Source: an uncultured virus (IMG/VR IMGVR_UViG_3300028805_000105)
Lineage: Duplodnaviria; Heunggongvirae; Uroviricota; Caudoviricetes
DNA: 64,000 nt
Virus record (IMG/VR): IMGVR_UViG_3300028805_000105
Direction: 5' to 3' (one strand)
Below, piece after piece: positions 55,501 through 64,000 of this stretch (within the stretch, counting starts at the first letter, position 1; every line of letters begins with the position of its first letter). The notes below the pieces were generated by a model. That model was not told the DNA's origin and made no database searches. It saw only the letters and a list, made by a program, of their open reading frames with translations. A program made the position numbers and the translations under genes.

Positions 55501-58500
55501 CAAGCCGAAGGGCGCGACATTGCCGATGATGCCGCCATCAACGCGGAAGGTAATGCGAATGCGGCCCGCGTTGACGATGGCGTGGCAAAAAAGATTGACT
55601 TCTACACTCAGGTCAGGAATGCGCTCACTGAGCGTATGGAAGGCCAGCAGGAAGCCAAAGCCGAGGCGGTGGAAGCAACACCAGTGTCGCAGATGGAGGT
55701 CGGTCAGGAGTTCCCCGTAGTGTATGACGGACAGCAGGCCGTGGCCGTGGTTGTCGGCAAGGATGCCGATGGGCGCAATGTGGTTACCATCAGAGACCAA
55801 GATGGAAACGACCTCGAAAGCGGCATTGACGACTGGACGGATGAACAGTGGGAGCGTTTCAGGGTAAGACCCGAAGAGGCTACGGTTGAACCGCAGCAAG
55901 AAAGGACTGAACCCGAAGCGGAAGGAATCGAACAAAAACCCACCGAAATCGAACAGAATGCGCCCGAAAACGAACAGAAAGAACCCGAAAAAGAGCAGCA
56001 GGAGGAAGATGAAGAACATCGTAAGAGAGTTGAGAGAGCGGAGAATGCAATACTTGTTGACAATAGTTTCAGGAAACATGTCGCCGAAGACGGTACAATA
56101 ATCGGAAAATCGGGTAAGCCGTTGACGCTTTATCACGGCACAATGGCAAAACTTTCATCTCCATTTGAATTGGAGCGCGGACACAGAAGGCCTGACGGAG
56201 AAAAAGCGAATTTTGTCGCAGACGGTATTTCATTCACTCCTTATGAAGATTCCGCTGAAGAATTTGCTCTTATTGGGGATAAAAAAGGAACCGTTTTTGC
56301 CGTTAATGTAACTTTGAAAAACCCCTACATTCAGTTTGGGATCAATAGTGCCATGAACGATGAAGATTCCAATGCGAAAACACAAAGGTTGATTGAGCAA
56401 GGATTTGACGGAGTTATTGCATATGGTTCATCAAAGGATGTTGTGGAGATTCTTGGTTCAATCCCTATGGAAGTTGTTGTGTTTGACAAAAGCAGCATTA
56501 AAGAAGTAACCGGGCCACAAGACACAGAACAGATATTTGAAAAAGTTTGGGAGAAATATGGCGATAAGGCGGGCCACAAGATTGATGTTACCGCCGAGGA
56601 TAAGAGCAAGACGCTTGACAAGGCCAAGAAAGCCTTAGAGAAAGCCCAAACCGACTATGACGATGCCCCCATCGGCAAGGAGGAGAAGGCCGAAGCCGCA
56701 CTGCAAAAGGCACAGGAGGAATACAACACCGCCTTGGCCGAGAAACAGGAGTGGGACGAGGTGAAGGCCGTTAAGGACAGGTTTGTCGCTGAACTGCTGG
56801 CCGCTCAACAAGCCGCCGACGAGGAACGCCATGCCCGAGCCGTGGCCGAAGAAGAGGCCCGCAGAGCAGAGGAGGAACGCAAAGCCCGTGAACGCGAGGC
56901 TACGGGTGCCAACAATGTGGCCCCGAACATCCGCGAGAAGTGGGAGGGCGCATCGAAGGTTGAGGGCAACGCCGACGAGATCACACTTGCCAACGGCGAG
57001 CGCATTGCCGGACATTATGTACTCGTTGAAAGCGGAGCCGCCAGCGCGTCACATGATGCCTTGAACGGTTTCGCCAAGACCGAGGGTTTCCCGCTTGACG
57101 AAAACGAGCAGAGCGTGAACGACCGCGACTATGAGCGTGACCAAAACGCCCAGCAGATTACACGGCAGATTGCCGCCGAATACGACAGCAGAGCCTTGCA
57201 GCAGCCCGTTGTGGTCAGTCAAGACGGCGTGGTGCTTTCGGGCAACGGGCGCACCATGGCGGGAGAGATTGCCGCAGCGCAGAACACCGACGGAGCCTAT
57301 ATCGACTATCTGAAGAAGTATGCGCCGAAATACGGCTTCACCCCTGAACAGGTTGAAGGCATGGCGCATCCCCGTGTTGTGTTTGTGCCGGATGCCTCGA
57401 TGCCTTACACGGCAGAGACCTTCGCCAAATTCAACCAGCAGGAGATGAAAGGCCAAAGCAAGACCGAACAGGCCGTGAAACTTGGCAAGCTGGTGGACGA
57501 TGCCACCTTCGGGCGCATCATCAGGAGCATCAACCGCTTCGACACCTTGGGCGACTTCTACGCCGACACCAACGCGACCGCCGAGGCTATTGGCGAGTTG
57601 TTGAAAGCCGGGGCCATCAACCAAATGCAGCACACCGAAATGTTTGACGGCGACGCCATCAGCGCACAGGGCCGCGAAATCCTTGAAAACATGCTCATCG
57701 GCAAGGCCTTTGAGAGCAACCCCGACGCGGTTCGCCAACTTGCGGCCTATAAGAGCCTTCGCCAAAGCGTGATAACCGCCCTTGCGGAAATCAGCAACAA
57801 CATCGCCCTTGGCGAATACAGCCTTGAAAGCGAGTTGTCGGATGCTATCGCGCTGGCTTACAATGCCCGTAAGAACGGATACAAGGCTGGCGACGCGGTG
57901 AGCGAGTTCGCCCGCCAAGGCAAACTGTTCGAGACCGAAGAGGATGCCACAGCCGCCGACTACACCAACGCCACCGTGTTGATGCTGGCCGATGTGATGA
58001 ACGACAACCGCGTGACCCGCCTGAAGAAGGTGCTTTCCATCTATAACCAGCAGGCGGAGCAGAGCGCGGCAGGTCAGACCGACCTCTTCGCGGAGGGTGT
58101 GAAAACAAAACAAGAAATATTAGACGAAGTTTTAGTACTTTTGCAGCATGGAACAGAAACAGAACAACAGCAAGCCCTTGACGCAGCAAGAGAGCAGCGC
58201 AAGGCAGCAGCCGAGCAAGGAACAGGCGTTCAAGAAAATGGCGATACTGGCGAGGGCGATAATGGAGACGGAGGAAGAGTAGTACCCGAAAATGCCAATC
58301 ACCATAAGGCAAAAAGCGTGTTTTCACAAGGCACTGAAGGTGATAAGCGTTTGGCTATTTCTCTTGGAAACAAAGGCATTGTCCTTGAATATGACGATAA
58401 TGGTGTCATTTTCGGGAGCAGTGCGGGTATTTATGACGGATTCACTCTTGAACAAGTTTTTGGAAAAGAAGTGGCAGATGAGATTATTGCCACCATTTCA

Positions 58501-60546
58501 GACAAGAAACGTTTTGAAAAAGACAATGTTACCATTCTTGGTGCTCCTGTCGGTAAAAATGGTTTTGAGATAGAATCCAAAGAGGAAACGACCGAGCCTG
58601 AAACACCGACCGAGGAGCCGCCGATGGAATCGGCTGGGGAAGGGACAGAACTGACTCCCCCTGGACCCCTCTCAGAGGGGGAACTTGGACCCACAGACGA
58701 GGCGGTTGCAGCAGCCAACGAGGAAGTGGACACCAACCCGACCGAGGCGCAGAAGGAGGCAGGGAACTATAAGAAGGGCCATGTCACCATTGACGGCTTC
58801 GACATCAGTATTGAGAACCCCGCTGGCTCGACCCGTAGAGGCACCGATGCCCAAGGCAATCCGTGGAGCGTCACCATGCACAATTCATACGGCTACATCC
58901 GCATGACCGAGGGCGTGGACGGCGACCATATCGACATCTTCCTTTCAGACCATATCGACGACTGGAACGGAACGGTGTATGTGGTTGACCAAGTGAATGC
59001 CGACGGCAGCTTCGACGAACACAAGGTGATGTACGGATTCAACTCCGCAGAAGAGGCGAGGGAAGCCTACCTTTCCAACTATTCAGAAGGCTGGCAGGGA
59101 CTTGGCACCATCACGGGCGTTAGCCGTGAGGAGTTCAAGAAATGGGTTGATTCTTCGCATCGTAAGACCAAGGCGTTTGCAGATTACAAGTCGGTGCAGG
59201 CGACAGAGGGGCAGAATGAGGCCGCGATGGAATCGCAGCAAACGGAAGAAGAGAAGCAATCTTCGCCTTGGTACGGCTCAATAGACGACGCACCAACGCC
59301 CGAAGGATTGAAGAGAGGACAAAAGGCGCGTTTGTTTGAAGAGGGCGAAAGGGCATATAGAAACGCATCGTTGAAAGTCCCGACATTCCAACTTGGAGTT
59401 GAGAAGAAAGTTGAACTGACATACGAAATGTTTGAGAAGGAGTATTCTGATATTGTTGGGAACTTCTTCTTCAAAGAGGATAAACCTTACTTGAAAGAGT
59501 TCTACGACTATTTCAACGCAAGGATGGATGCCGCTGAGATTAAATCTCAAACTGAAGGGACTGAACAGGAGGCCGCGAATACGCAGCCCACGGGACAGGA
59601 CAACAATACGACTGATAATCAGACCGAAGAGACACCAGTAGAGGAAAACAGCGGAAATCAGGAGAAAACTTCCCAAGATGAGACACCAGCGGAGCAGCCT
59701 ATTGATGATTCCGACATTGACGCATTGATTGAGGACTACAAGAAAAAAGCGGCTGCGACCAACAAGATTTGGAGCGCGTGGCTGGCAGACCCGAGCGGTA
59801 AACCCGCAGACTACGGCACGACGAGAGATGAGGAAGCAAAGGCATACGGCAGGGTAAGGGAGGCTTTGGCAGGTGTTTCGGAAGAGAAACTTGCCGAGAT
59901 GGAGAATACCAACTATGGCGACTCTTTGCTCAACGACCTCATCAAGGAGGAGCGCAACCGCAGAAACGAGCAGAAGGAGATTGAACAAAGGTTTACGGAC
60001 GGGCTTGAAAAGCAGGGTGAGATTGGAAAGCAAACGAAACCAGTCAGTATTGAAAAGATACTGCCCGAGTTCACCTCTCGTGACGAGCAGCGTCCAATAA
60101 TGAACTGCATCTATTACGACCCCGAAGGCTATGCCGTGGCTTCTGATGCTTTCATTCTTATCGCAAGCAAGTCGCAGTACGACCCGAAACAGGAGGGCAA
60201 GATGGTGGCGGCGCACAAGATTAAAGGCGTTGCCGAAAAGGGCGATGAGGTGGAAGGCAAGTTCATGAAATGGCGGAATGTCATTTCGCAGGCAAAGGCG
60301 AACAGTGCTGAAATAGACTTGCCGAAGCTGAGGGATTTCCTTGCTGGTGTGAAAGAGCTGATGAAAGGCAGCAAGGACGATGCCATCGTCCAGGTGCGGA
60401 TGCCCAACGGCGAGATTATAGGCTTCGAGCCTGAATACCTGCTCAAGTTTGTGCAGGGCGCGGAGGCAATGGGTGTGAAAGAGATTGAGTACATAGCACC
60501 CAACCGAGCCATTACGGGCGTAGCGAGGACGGCATTGTGTTGTTGA
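52588..60546 (+). CDS. Giant polyvalent protein, part 1 (ART-like, DdrB-ParB-like, inorganic pyrophosphatase-like, beta-clamp-like domains)
   Basis: LYHGT..FT..KNP..GFDGVI..EVVVF; NDRDY..VLSGNGRTMA; EAGNYKKGH..IENP..YGYI..DGDHID..DEHKVM; RPIMNCIY..ASD. Confidence 0.85.
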   Translation: MEDNLRSIYDKLVSSGSTGTYDEFVSFFNENDQNKRSVYDKLLTLGSKGTYDEFLTYAGAGQQPATERVDVSDVEAAQQPQAPAMESPDNGTEQAAIPTVTMEEADKIAQQPLYDIPTELTEENYLNVQQRAKDLKEKRRRIEAQLEADTEMEPLTVSQKQELERQLRGIDDEMKGLGGFIDEWSKTEGSKAYLEKQKQTVNSIDERINEKYRGGFMGFLDRLGAGMVNDPYAMYPKENGALVKDMLSENHEQYQLKAAKNEVRNAKKQLQLEDMRQNGELKGLAFIRGLETANYYELLPVEGLTDAAAMLELKKAIAEGRELTETEQLLYDAMEARAGVDFAYEDNNTMWERLGKTAPEQLMFTLQFVIGGGLTGATEAGERIAAKEAQKAAIRYAKKGVNSGARRFIGGTVIPKLEGMAVSSTIQTFANPLSLANMAEDFERRYAGDIYYDNDGNLHVFDNDRSAGQAAYQAIASAWIENFTEYSGQNITKSIRLADGKMFDLAGKFDNVMKNVGGGRIKDVFTVPQKLSHLTQIGSAPEEFLEEELGSVMNALFATDAQRGESYGDAFKRTVSQSFSGEQQLETLLSVTITSTLLGGGGNAVNAVGNAGYRREANREVERSKALLGKVHGIDIAELDNQIENGQISDISSYLKEQSDANGWSQDEQGAAVNYVLNRARQIGMKHHDDTAIEEAQAEMRKQAEDMANRWDGNIYNATWKDNEGNEQPVTIINGRIHYTTRENGTIHFNPYTSSGMIAIRLADGTKKQVPSRTITGIQSVMSVDEQLEAQGQTIPQMMQAQFEQEGMVVPTVESVFGGNLVPNVTTFEDGLYTYLGQDADGRYAFLNDHYGKDSDKAIMYLTERQLIEYGLSLNIQSANEDSRRKAQEDLDFMQQLDELAAEATDSQQWDVVKAFAARKVQFDENGGMVADGSNVGAAATYLLAVSDGSFENAIASVDEAVAAMTVGQQQQAEGRDIADDAAINAEGNANAARVDDGVAKKIDFYTQVRNALTERMEGQQEAKAEAVEATPVSQMEVGQEFPVVYDGQQAVAVVVGKDADGRNVVTIRDQDGNDLESGIDDWTDEQWERFRVRPEEATVEPQQERTEPEAEGIEQKPTEIEQNAPENEQKEPEKEQQEEDEEHRKRVERAENAILVDNSFRKHVAEDGTIIGKSGKPLTLYHGTMAKLSSPFELERGHRRPDGEKANFVADGISFTPYEDSAEEFALIGDKKGTVFAVNVTLKNPYIQFGINSAMNDEDSNAKTQRLIEQGFDGVIAYGSSKDVVEILGSIPMEVVVFDKSSIKEVTGPQDTEQIFEKVWEKYGDKAGHKIDVTAEDKSKTLDKAKKALEKAQTDYDDAPIGKEEKAEAALQKAQEEYNTALAEKQEWDEVKAVKDRFVAELLAAQQAADEERHARAVAEEEARRAEEERKAREREATGANNVAPNIREKWEGASKVEGNADEITLANGERIAGHYVLVESGAASASHDALNGFAKTEGFPLDENEQSVNDRDYERDQNAQQITRQIAAEYDSRALQQPVVVSQDGVVLSGNGRTMAGEIAAAQNTDGAYIDYLKKYAPKYGFTPEQVEGMAHPRVVFVPDASMPYTAETFAKFNQQEMKGQSKTEQAVKLGKLVDDATFGRIIRSINRFDTLGDFYADTNATAEAIGELLKAGAINQMQHTEMFDGDAISAQGREILENMLIGKAFESNPDAVRQLAAYKSLRQSVITALAEISNNIALGEYSLESELSDAIALAYNARKNGYKAGDAVSEFARQGKLFETEEDATAADYTNATVLMLADVMNDNRVTRLKKVLSIYNQQAEQSAAGQTDLFAEGVKTKQEILDEVLVLLQHGTETEQQQALDAAREQRKAAAEQGTGVQENGDTGEGDNGDGGRVVPENANHHKAKSVFSQGTEGDKRLAISLGNKGIVLEYDDNGVIFGSSAGIYDGFTLEQVFGKEVADEIIATISDKKRFEKDNVTILGAPVGKNGFEIESKEETTEPETPTEEPPMESAGEGTELTPPGPLSEGELGPTDEAVAAANEEVDTNPTEAQKEAGNYKKGHVTIDGFDISIENPAGSTRRGTDAQGNPWSVTMHNSYGYIRMTEGVDGDHIDIFLSDHIDDWNGTVYVVDQVNADGSFDEHKVMYGFNSAEEAREAYLSNYSEGWQGLGTITGVSREEFKKWVDSSHRKTKAFADYKSVQATEGQNEAAMESQQTEEEKQSSPWYGSIDDAPTPEGLKRGQKARLFEEGERAYRNASLKVPTFQLGVEKKVELTYEMFEKEYSDIVGNFFFKEDKPYLKEFYDYFNARMDAAEIKSQTEGTEQEAANTQPTGQDNNTTDNQTEETPVEENSGNQEKTSQDETPAEQPIDDSDIDALIEDYKKKAAATNKIWSAWLADPSGKPADYGTTRDEEAKAYGRVREALAGVSEEKLAEMENTNYGDSLLNDLIKEERNRRNEQKEIEQRFTDGLEKQGEIGKQTKPVSIEKILPEFTSRDEQRPIMNCIYYDPEGYAVASDAFILIASKSQYDPKQEGKMVAAHKIKGVAEKGDEVEGKFMKWRNVISQAKANSAEIDLPKLRDFLAGVKELMKGSKDDAIVQVRMPNGEIIGFEPEYLLKFVQGAEAMGVKEIEYIAPNRAITGVARTALCC

Positions 60547-63500
60547 TGCCGAAGAAAATATCCGCCGACTACGGCGGCAGGGAGTTCTATTACGACCTTT
60601 CGGATAAGACCGATAGGACCGATAGGACAAGGAGGACGGAGAAGGCCGAGAAGACTGACAAGACCGAGGAGGAACCCAAGAAGGAGACCAAGAAGCAGGC
60701 CAACACCCCGAGCAAGGCGGGGCCTGCGAAGATTGACGACGTGGGCGAGAAGATTGGCGGGGCGAGGAAAGACCTTGCCCAGCAGATGTCGGGCAAAATC
60801 AAGCTGGATGCAGACACTTTCCAGAAGATGTTCCCCAAGTTCGACCTGAAGAAGCTGGTGGAGCAGGGCCTTGACCCGAAGATGGCGGCAGCCGTGATGT
60901 TCCTGAGACAGGCGGCCTATGCGGAATACAAGCAGAAGAACAAGCGGCAGGGCAAGGACAGAGCCTTGGCAGCCGCCAAGTTCTTTGCCGCCTACGCCAA
61001 GCAGGTGCTTGAGAAGGGCGACACCGACGTTGAGTTCACGGACTCGGGCTGGGTGTTCACCGACTACGGCAAGATTCACGTGAAGGCCAACATCGCCCTG
61101 TACGGAAAGATTCACGACAAGATGGGCAACGACATGTTTGACGTCGACCTTACGGGGTACGAGATTTTCCCCGTGAACGTGGACAGCAAGTCGACCTACA
61201 CCGCATACAGGAAGAACGAGAAGGGCGAGAACGTGCCTTTCAAGCCAAGATACGTGACGAGGACGAAGAGCAGGACTTCCTACTTCAAGGAGGACGAGCT
61301 TGACCAAGCCATCGACGAGGTGGTGAGCATGGTGGAACAGGGTGTGTCTTACGACAAGTCGCACCCCTACAAGCTGGGCGTGTACTACACGAGAGGCAAG
61401 GACAACAGCTTCTACGTAGGCGTGAAGATAGGCAACGAGGTGAAGGCACTGACCGAGCCGGGGAGCCTTGACGCGACACGCGCCTACCTCAACGAACACG
61501 AGGCCGAGCTTCAGGCCGAGGCTGCTCGTGTGGAGCAGCAGACCAAGGAGGCCAAGAAGAAGGAACGCCCCGTGGCCAAGGTGGAAATCATCAAGAGCGA
61601 CAGGTCGCAGGGCGCACTGTACGGCTACGTGTTTGCCGTGAAGATTGGCAAGGAATATGTCAACATCATGGACGACACCTTCGACCTGCGCACGATATAC
61701 AAATACGAGAAGGAACACCACGACGAGCTTCAGGAGAAGGCGCAGCAGATGCTCGACCGGTATCTTGAGGAGAAGGAGAGCGGCAAGGGCTGGAAGCCAC
61801 AGCTCAACCTCGGCGGCGGACGCGCGAGAGTGGGCGAGGACTACCGCAAGGGCCGCGACATCGGTGCCGACGAGTTCAGGGACACGTTCGGTTTCCGTGG
61901 CGTGGAGTTCGGCAACTATGTGACACAGAAGGAACGCCAGCGTTACCTCAACGAGGCCTACGACGCTTTCATGGACTTGGCCGACCTGCTGGGCGTTTCG
62001 CCCAAGGCTTTGTCGCTGGGCGGCCAGCTCGGTTTTGCCATCGGAGCGAGAGGCGGCGGCGGGAAGAACGCTGCCCACTACGAGCCGGAGCTTAACGTCA
62101 TCAACCTGACCAAGACGCAGGGCGCGGGCAGCGTGGCCCATGAATGGTGGCACGCCTTGGACTTCTACTTCAACCAAAGGAACGGCGAACGCAAGAGACC
62201 CGCAACGGGCAACACCGTGGCCGAATCGTTTGACGCGAGCGTGCGCAGGGAGATGGCCGAGGCTTTCGTGGGGCTGATGGAGAAGGTGAACGACAGCGAG
62301 TATTTCAGACGCTCGAAGCGACTGGACAACAAGACGAACAGACAGTATTTCGCCACCGACACGGAGCTGGGCGCGAGGGCGTTCCAAGACTACGTGCAGC
62401 GCAGGCTGACCGAGCGCGGGCAGGTGAACGACTTCCTTTCGTCGTTCACTCCCGAGGAGCAGTGGAACGGCGAGGAGACCACCTATCCCTATCCCACTGG
62501 AGAAGAGGCTAATGCCATTGACGAGCGTTTCGACAACCTGTTTTCCACTATGGAGGAGCGGGAAGGCGAGAACGGGGCTGTGGAGCTGTTCAGCATCGGC
62601 GATGGGACCGATGGGACCAATGGGACCGATGCGCAACAGGTGGCCTACAACGCCGTGCGTGAGGCTTTGGCGAATGCGGGCATTGAGGTGGTGGAGGCCA
62701 CGGAGGATGACGTGAAGCGGCTGAAGGATTCGCGCAAGCAGCTGAAGGACAGCAAAGGAACCATCCGCGGCTGGGTCGGCAACGACGGCAAGATACACCT
62801 TACCAAGGACGGACTGAACGCCGAGACCCCAATACACGAATACACCCACCTTTGGGCGGAGGCTTTGCAGATGACCAACCCCGACCTTTGGGAGCAGATC
62901 AAGGGCTTGCTGAAGGACACACCCGAATGGAAGCGCATCACCTCGATGAAGGAATACTCGAACCTGAAGGACGACGACAGGATAGCTGGCGAGGTGCTTG
63001 CCCATATCAGCGGCAAGAAAAACGCCGAGCGCATGGAAGCCGAGGCCAAGCGGATGATTGACGAGGCCCCGACCTTGGAGGAAGCGGCCAAGGCTGCAAA
63101 CCTCTTGGGCAGGATGCGCAATGCCTTGAAGAAGTTCTGGACTTGGGTAGGCAAGACCCTGTTGGGCAGGAAGGGCAACATCAACATCGATCAGGTGTCG
63201 AACATGGTGCTGGCCGACCTTACCAATGGCATCGACCCGTTCAATCCGAGAGGAGGGAAGAGGACTAATAGGACGAAGAGGACTGATGCTTCGGTGGAGA
63301 GCGTGGCGAGAGAGGATGGGAATGAACAACCCAAACCGATGCCGAGAGATATTAGTGCAAATGGTTACCAACACAACAATGCTTTCATTGAACAAGACAA
63401 GAAATTTATTGAATACATTGAGTCGAGAACTGGTGTTCAGTTCAAGAAGAACCTTAACTCAAATTCTTGGTATGGCGTAAAAGACGGCAAAGAGATAAGG

Positions 63501-64000
63501 ATTTCAGACCATTTCAACAAAAAGACCGACCAAGATAAGTATTACTTCAATGAAGATGCAGACTATATTATAGCAAAAATAAACGGCACAAATCCTTTTG
63601 AAAGATATTCGGAAGGTGATACTATCACTCATAGGATATTAGGTGAGGTTGAGTTTATTTCCTATAATGGTGAAAAAGGCTATGTTGAGGTGAGGCTGAA
63701 AGATGGCAGTGTCCATAAATACGATGAAGACAGGTTTGCTATTCCTGAAAACTACGATATTCGGTACATGGTAAGCCCGTTTCAAGGTATCATAAACGAG
63801 AAAGGAGAGATAGACAATGACAGACTCAATGAGGTTATCGATAGCGTCAGACGAGGCGTTTATCAGGTATCGAGAATCAGTAGAGAACTACGCGATGAAA
63901 ACGAGACGGTTCCAGCAATCGCTGCCCAAGCAATCGCTAAGGGATTCGTTGAGGCAGAACTTGCTCGTCAAAGGGACGACGCGGCAGAACGAAAAGGTGC
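60546..64000 (+). CDS. Giant polyvalent protein, part 2 (LPD5/LPD1-like and HExxH metallopeptidase-like regions); open to window end, absent from ORF track
   Basis: GEKIGGARKD, FGFRGVEFGNY..AHYEP..INLTK..AHEWWHALD, TPIHEYTHLW, IRISDH; no stop seen in this frame. Confidence 0.85.
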   Translation, partial: MPKKISADYGGREFYYDLSDKTDRTDRTRRTEKAEKTDKTEEEPKKETKKQANTPSKAGPAKIDDVGEKIGGARKDLAQQMSGKIKLDADTFQKMFPKFDLKKLVEQGLDPKMAAAVMFLRQAAYAEYKQKNKRQGKDRALAAAKFFAAYAKQVLEKGDTDVEFTDSGWVFTDYGKIHVKANIALYGKIHDKMGNDMFDVDLTGYEIFPVNVDSKSTYTAYRKNEKGENVPFKPRYVTRTKSRTSYFKEDELDQAIDEVVSMVEQGVSYDKSHPYKLGVYYTRGKDNSFYVGVKIGNEVKALTEPGSLDATRAYLNEHEAELQAEAARVEQQTKEAKKKERPVAKVEIIKSDRSQGALYGYVFAVKIGKEYVNIMDDTFDLRTIYKYEKEHHDELQEKAQQMLDRYLEEKESGKGWKPQLNLGGGRARVGEDYRKGRDIGADEFRDTFGFRGVEFGNYVTQKERQRYLNEAYDAFMDLADLLGVSPKALSLGGQLGFAIGARGGGGKNAAHYEPELNVINLTKTQGAGSVAHEWWHALDFYFNQRNGERKRPATGNTVAESFDASVRREMAEAFVGLMEKVNDSEYFRRSKRLDNKTNRQYFATDTELGARAFQDYVQRRLTERGQVNDFLSSFTPEEQWNGEETTYPYPTGEEANAIDERFDNLFSTMEEREGENGAVELFSIGDGTDGTNGTDAQQVAYNAVREALANAGIEVVEATEDDVKRLKDSRKQLKDSKGTIRGWVGNDGKIHLTKDGLNAETPIHEYTHLWAEALQMTNPDLWEQIKGLLKDTPEWKRITSMKEYSNLKDDDRIAGEVLAHISGKKNAERMEAEAKRMIDEAPTLEEAAKAANLLGRMRNALKKFWTWVGKTLLGRKGNINIDQVSNMVLADLTNGIDPFNPRGGKRTNRTKRTDASVESVAREDGNEQPKPMPRDISANGYQHNNAFIEQDKKFIEYIESRTGVQFKKNLNSNSWYGVKDGKEIRISDHFNKKTDQDKYYFNEDADYIIAKINGTNPFERYSEGDTITHRILGEVEFISYNGEKGYVEVRLKDGSVHKYDEDRFAIPENYDIRYMVSPFQGIINEKGEIDNDRLNEVIDSVRRGVYQVSRISRELRDENETVPAIAAQAIAKGFVEAELARQRDDAAERKG

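Noticed and set aside
60129..63395. 1088-aa minus-strand ORF
   Set aside because: Antisense shadow of the motif-rich plus-strand polyvalent ORF

Overview
This window is part of a temperate, podovirus-like tailed phage of a Bacteroidota (Prevotella/Bacteroides-like) host. The host call rests on TAnnTTTG promoters and typical gene families. No host genes are present, and the tRNA-derived att core sits between phage genes, so this looks like the unintegrated (attP) form. Order of modules: (1) small unknown genes and five tandem paralogous adaptor/ring-like genes, portal, tail stabilisation protein; (2) a reverse-strand operon with an MTase, a rhomboid protease and the large terminase; (3) scaffold, a major capsid protein with a signal-peptide-like N-terminus, BACON/Ig-like tail genes and a 2257-aa receptor-binding protein; (4) lysis genes; (5) a long leftward early/replication operon (RusA, radical SAM, DnaC-like loader, initiator with iterons, intein-containing SNF2 helicase, RecE/RecT-like pair, DUF2829/Tad2-like protein, tRNA-Arg); (6) repressor, attP, integrase; (7) ejection-type proteins and a >3800-codon polyvalent protein that runs off the window. 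Most notable: two remote DGR variable repeats with identical-loop hairpins but no TR or RT in the window; a cluster of tRNA-like RNAs with replaced anticodon arms interleaved with stem/large-loop elements; a rhomboid protease co-occurring with a membrane-leader-bearing capsid protein; an exact late-promoter motif at three operons; and a class 3 intein starting with Glu. All product calls come from motif recognition by eye, not database searches.
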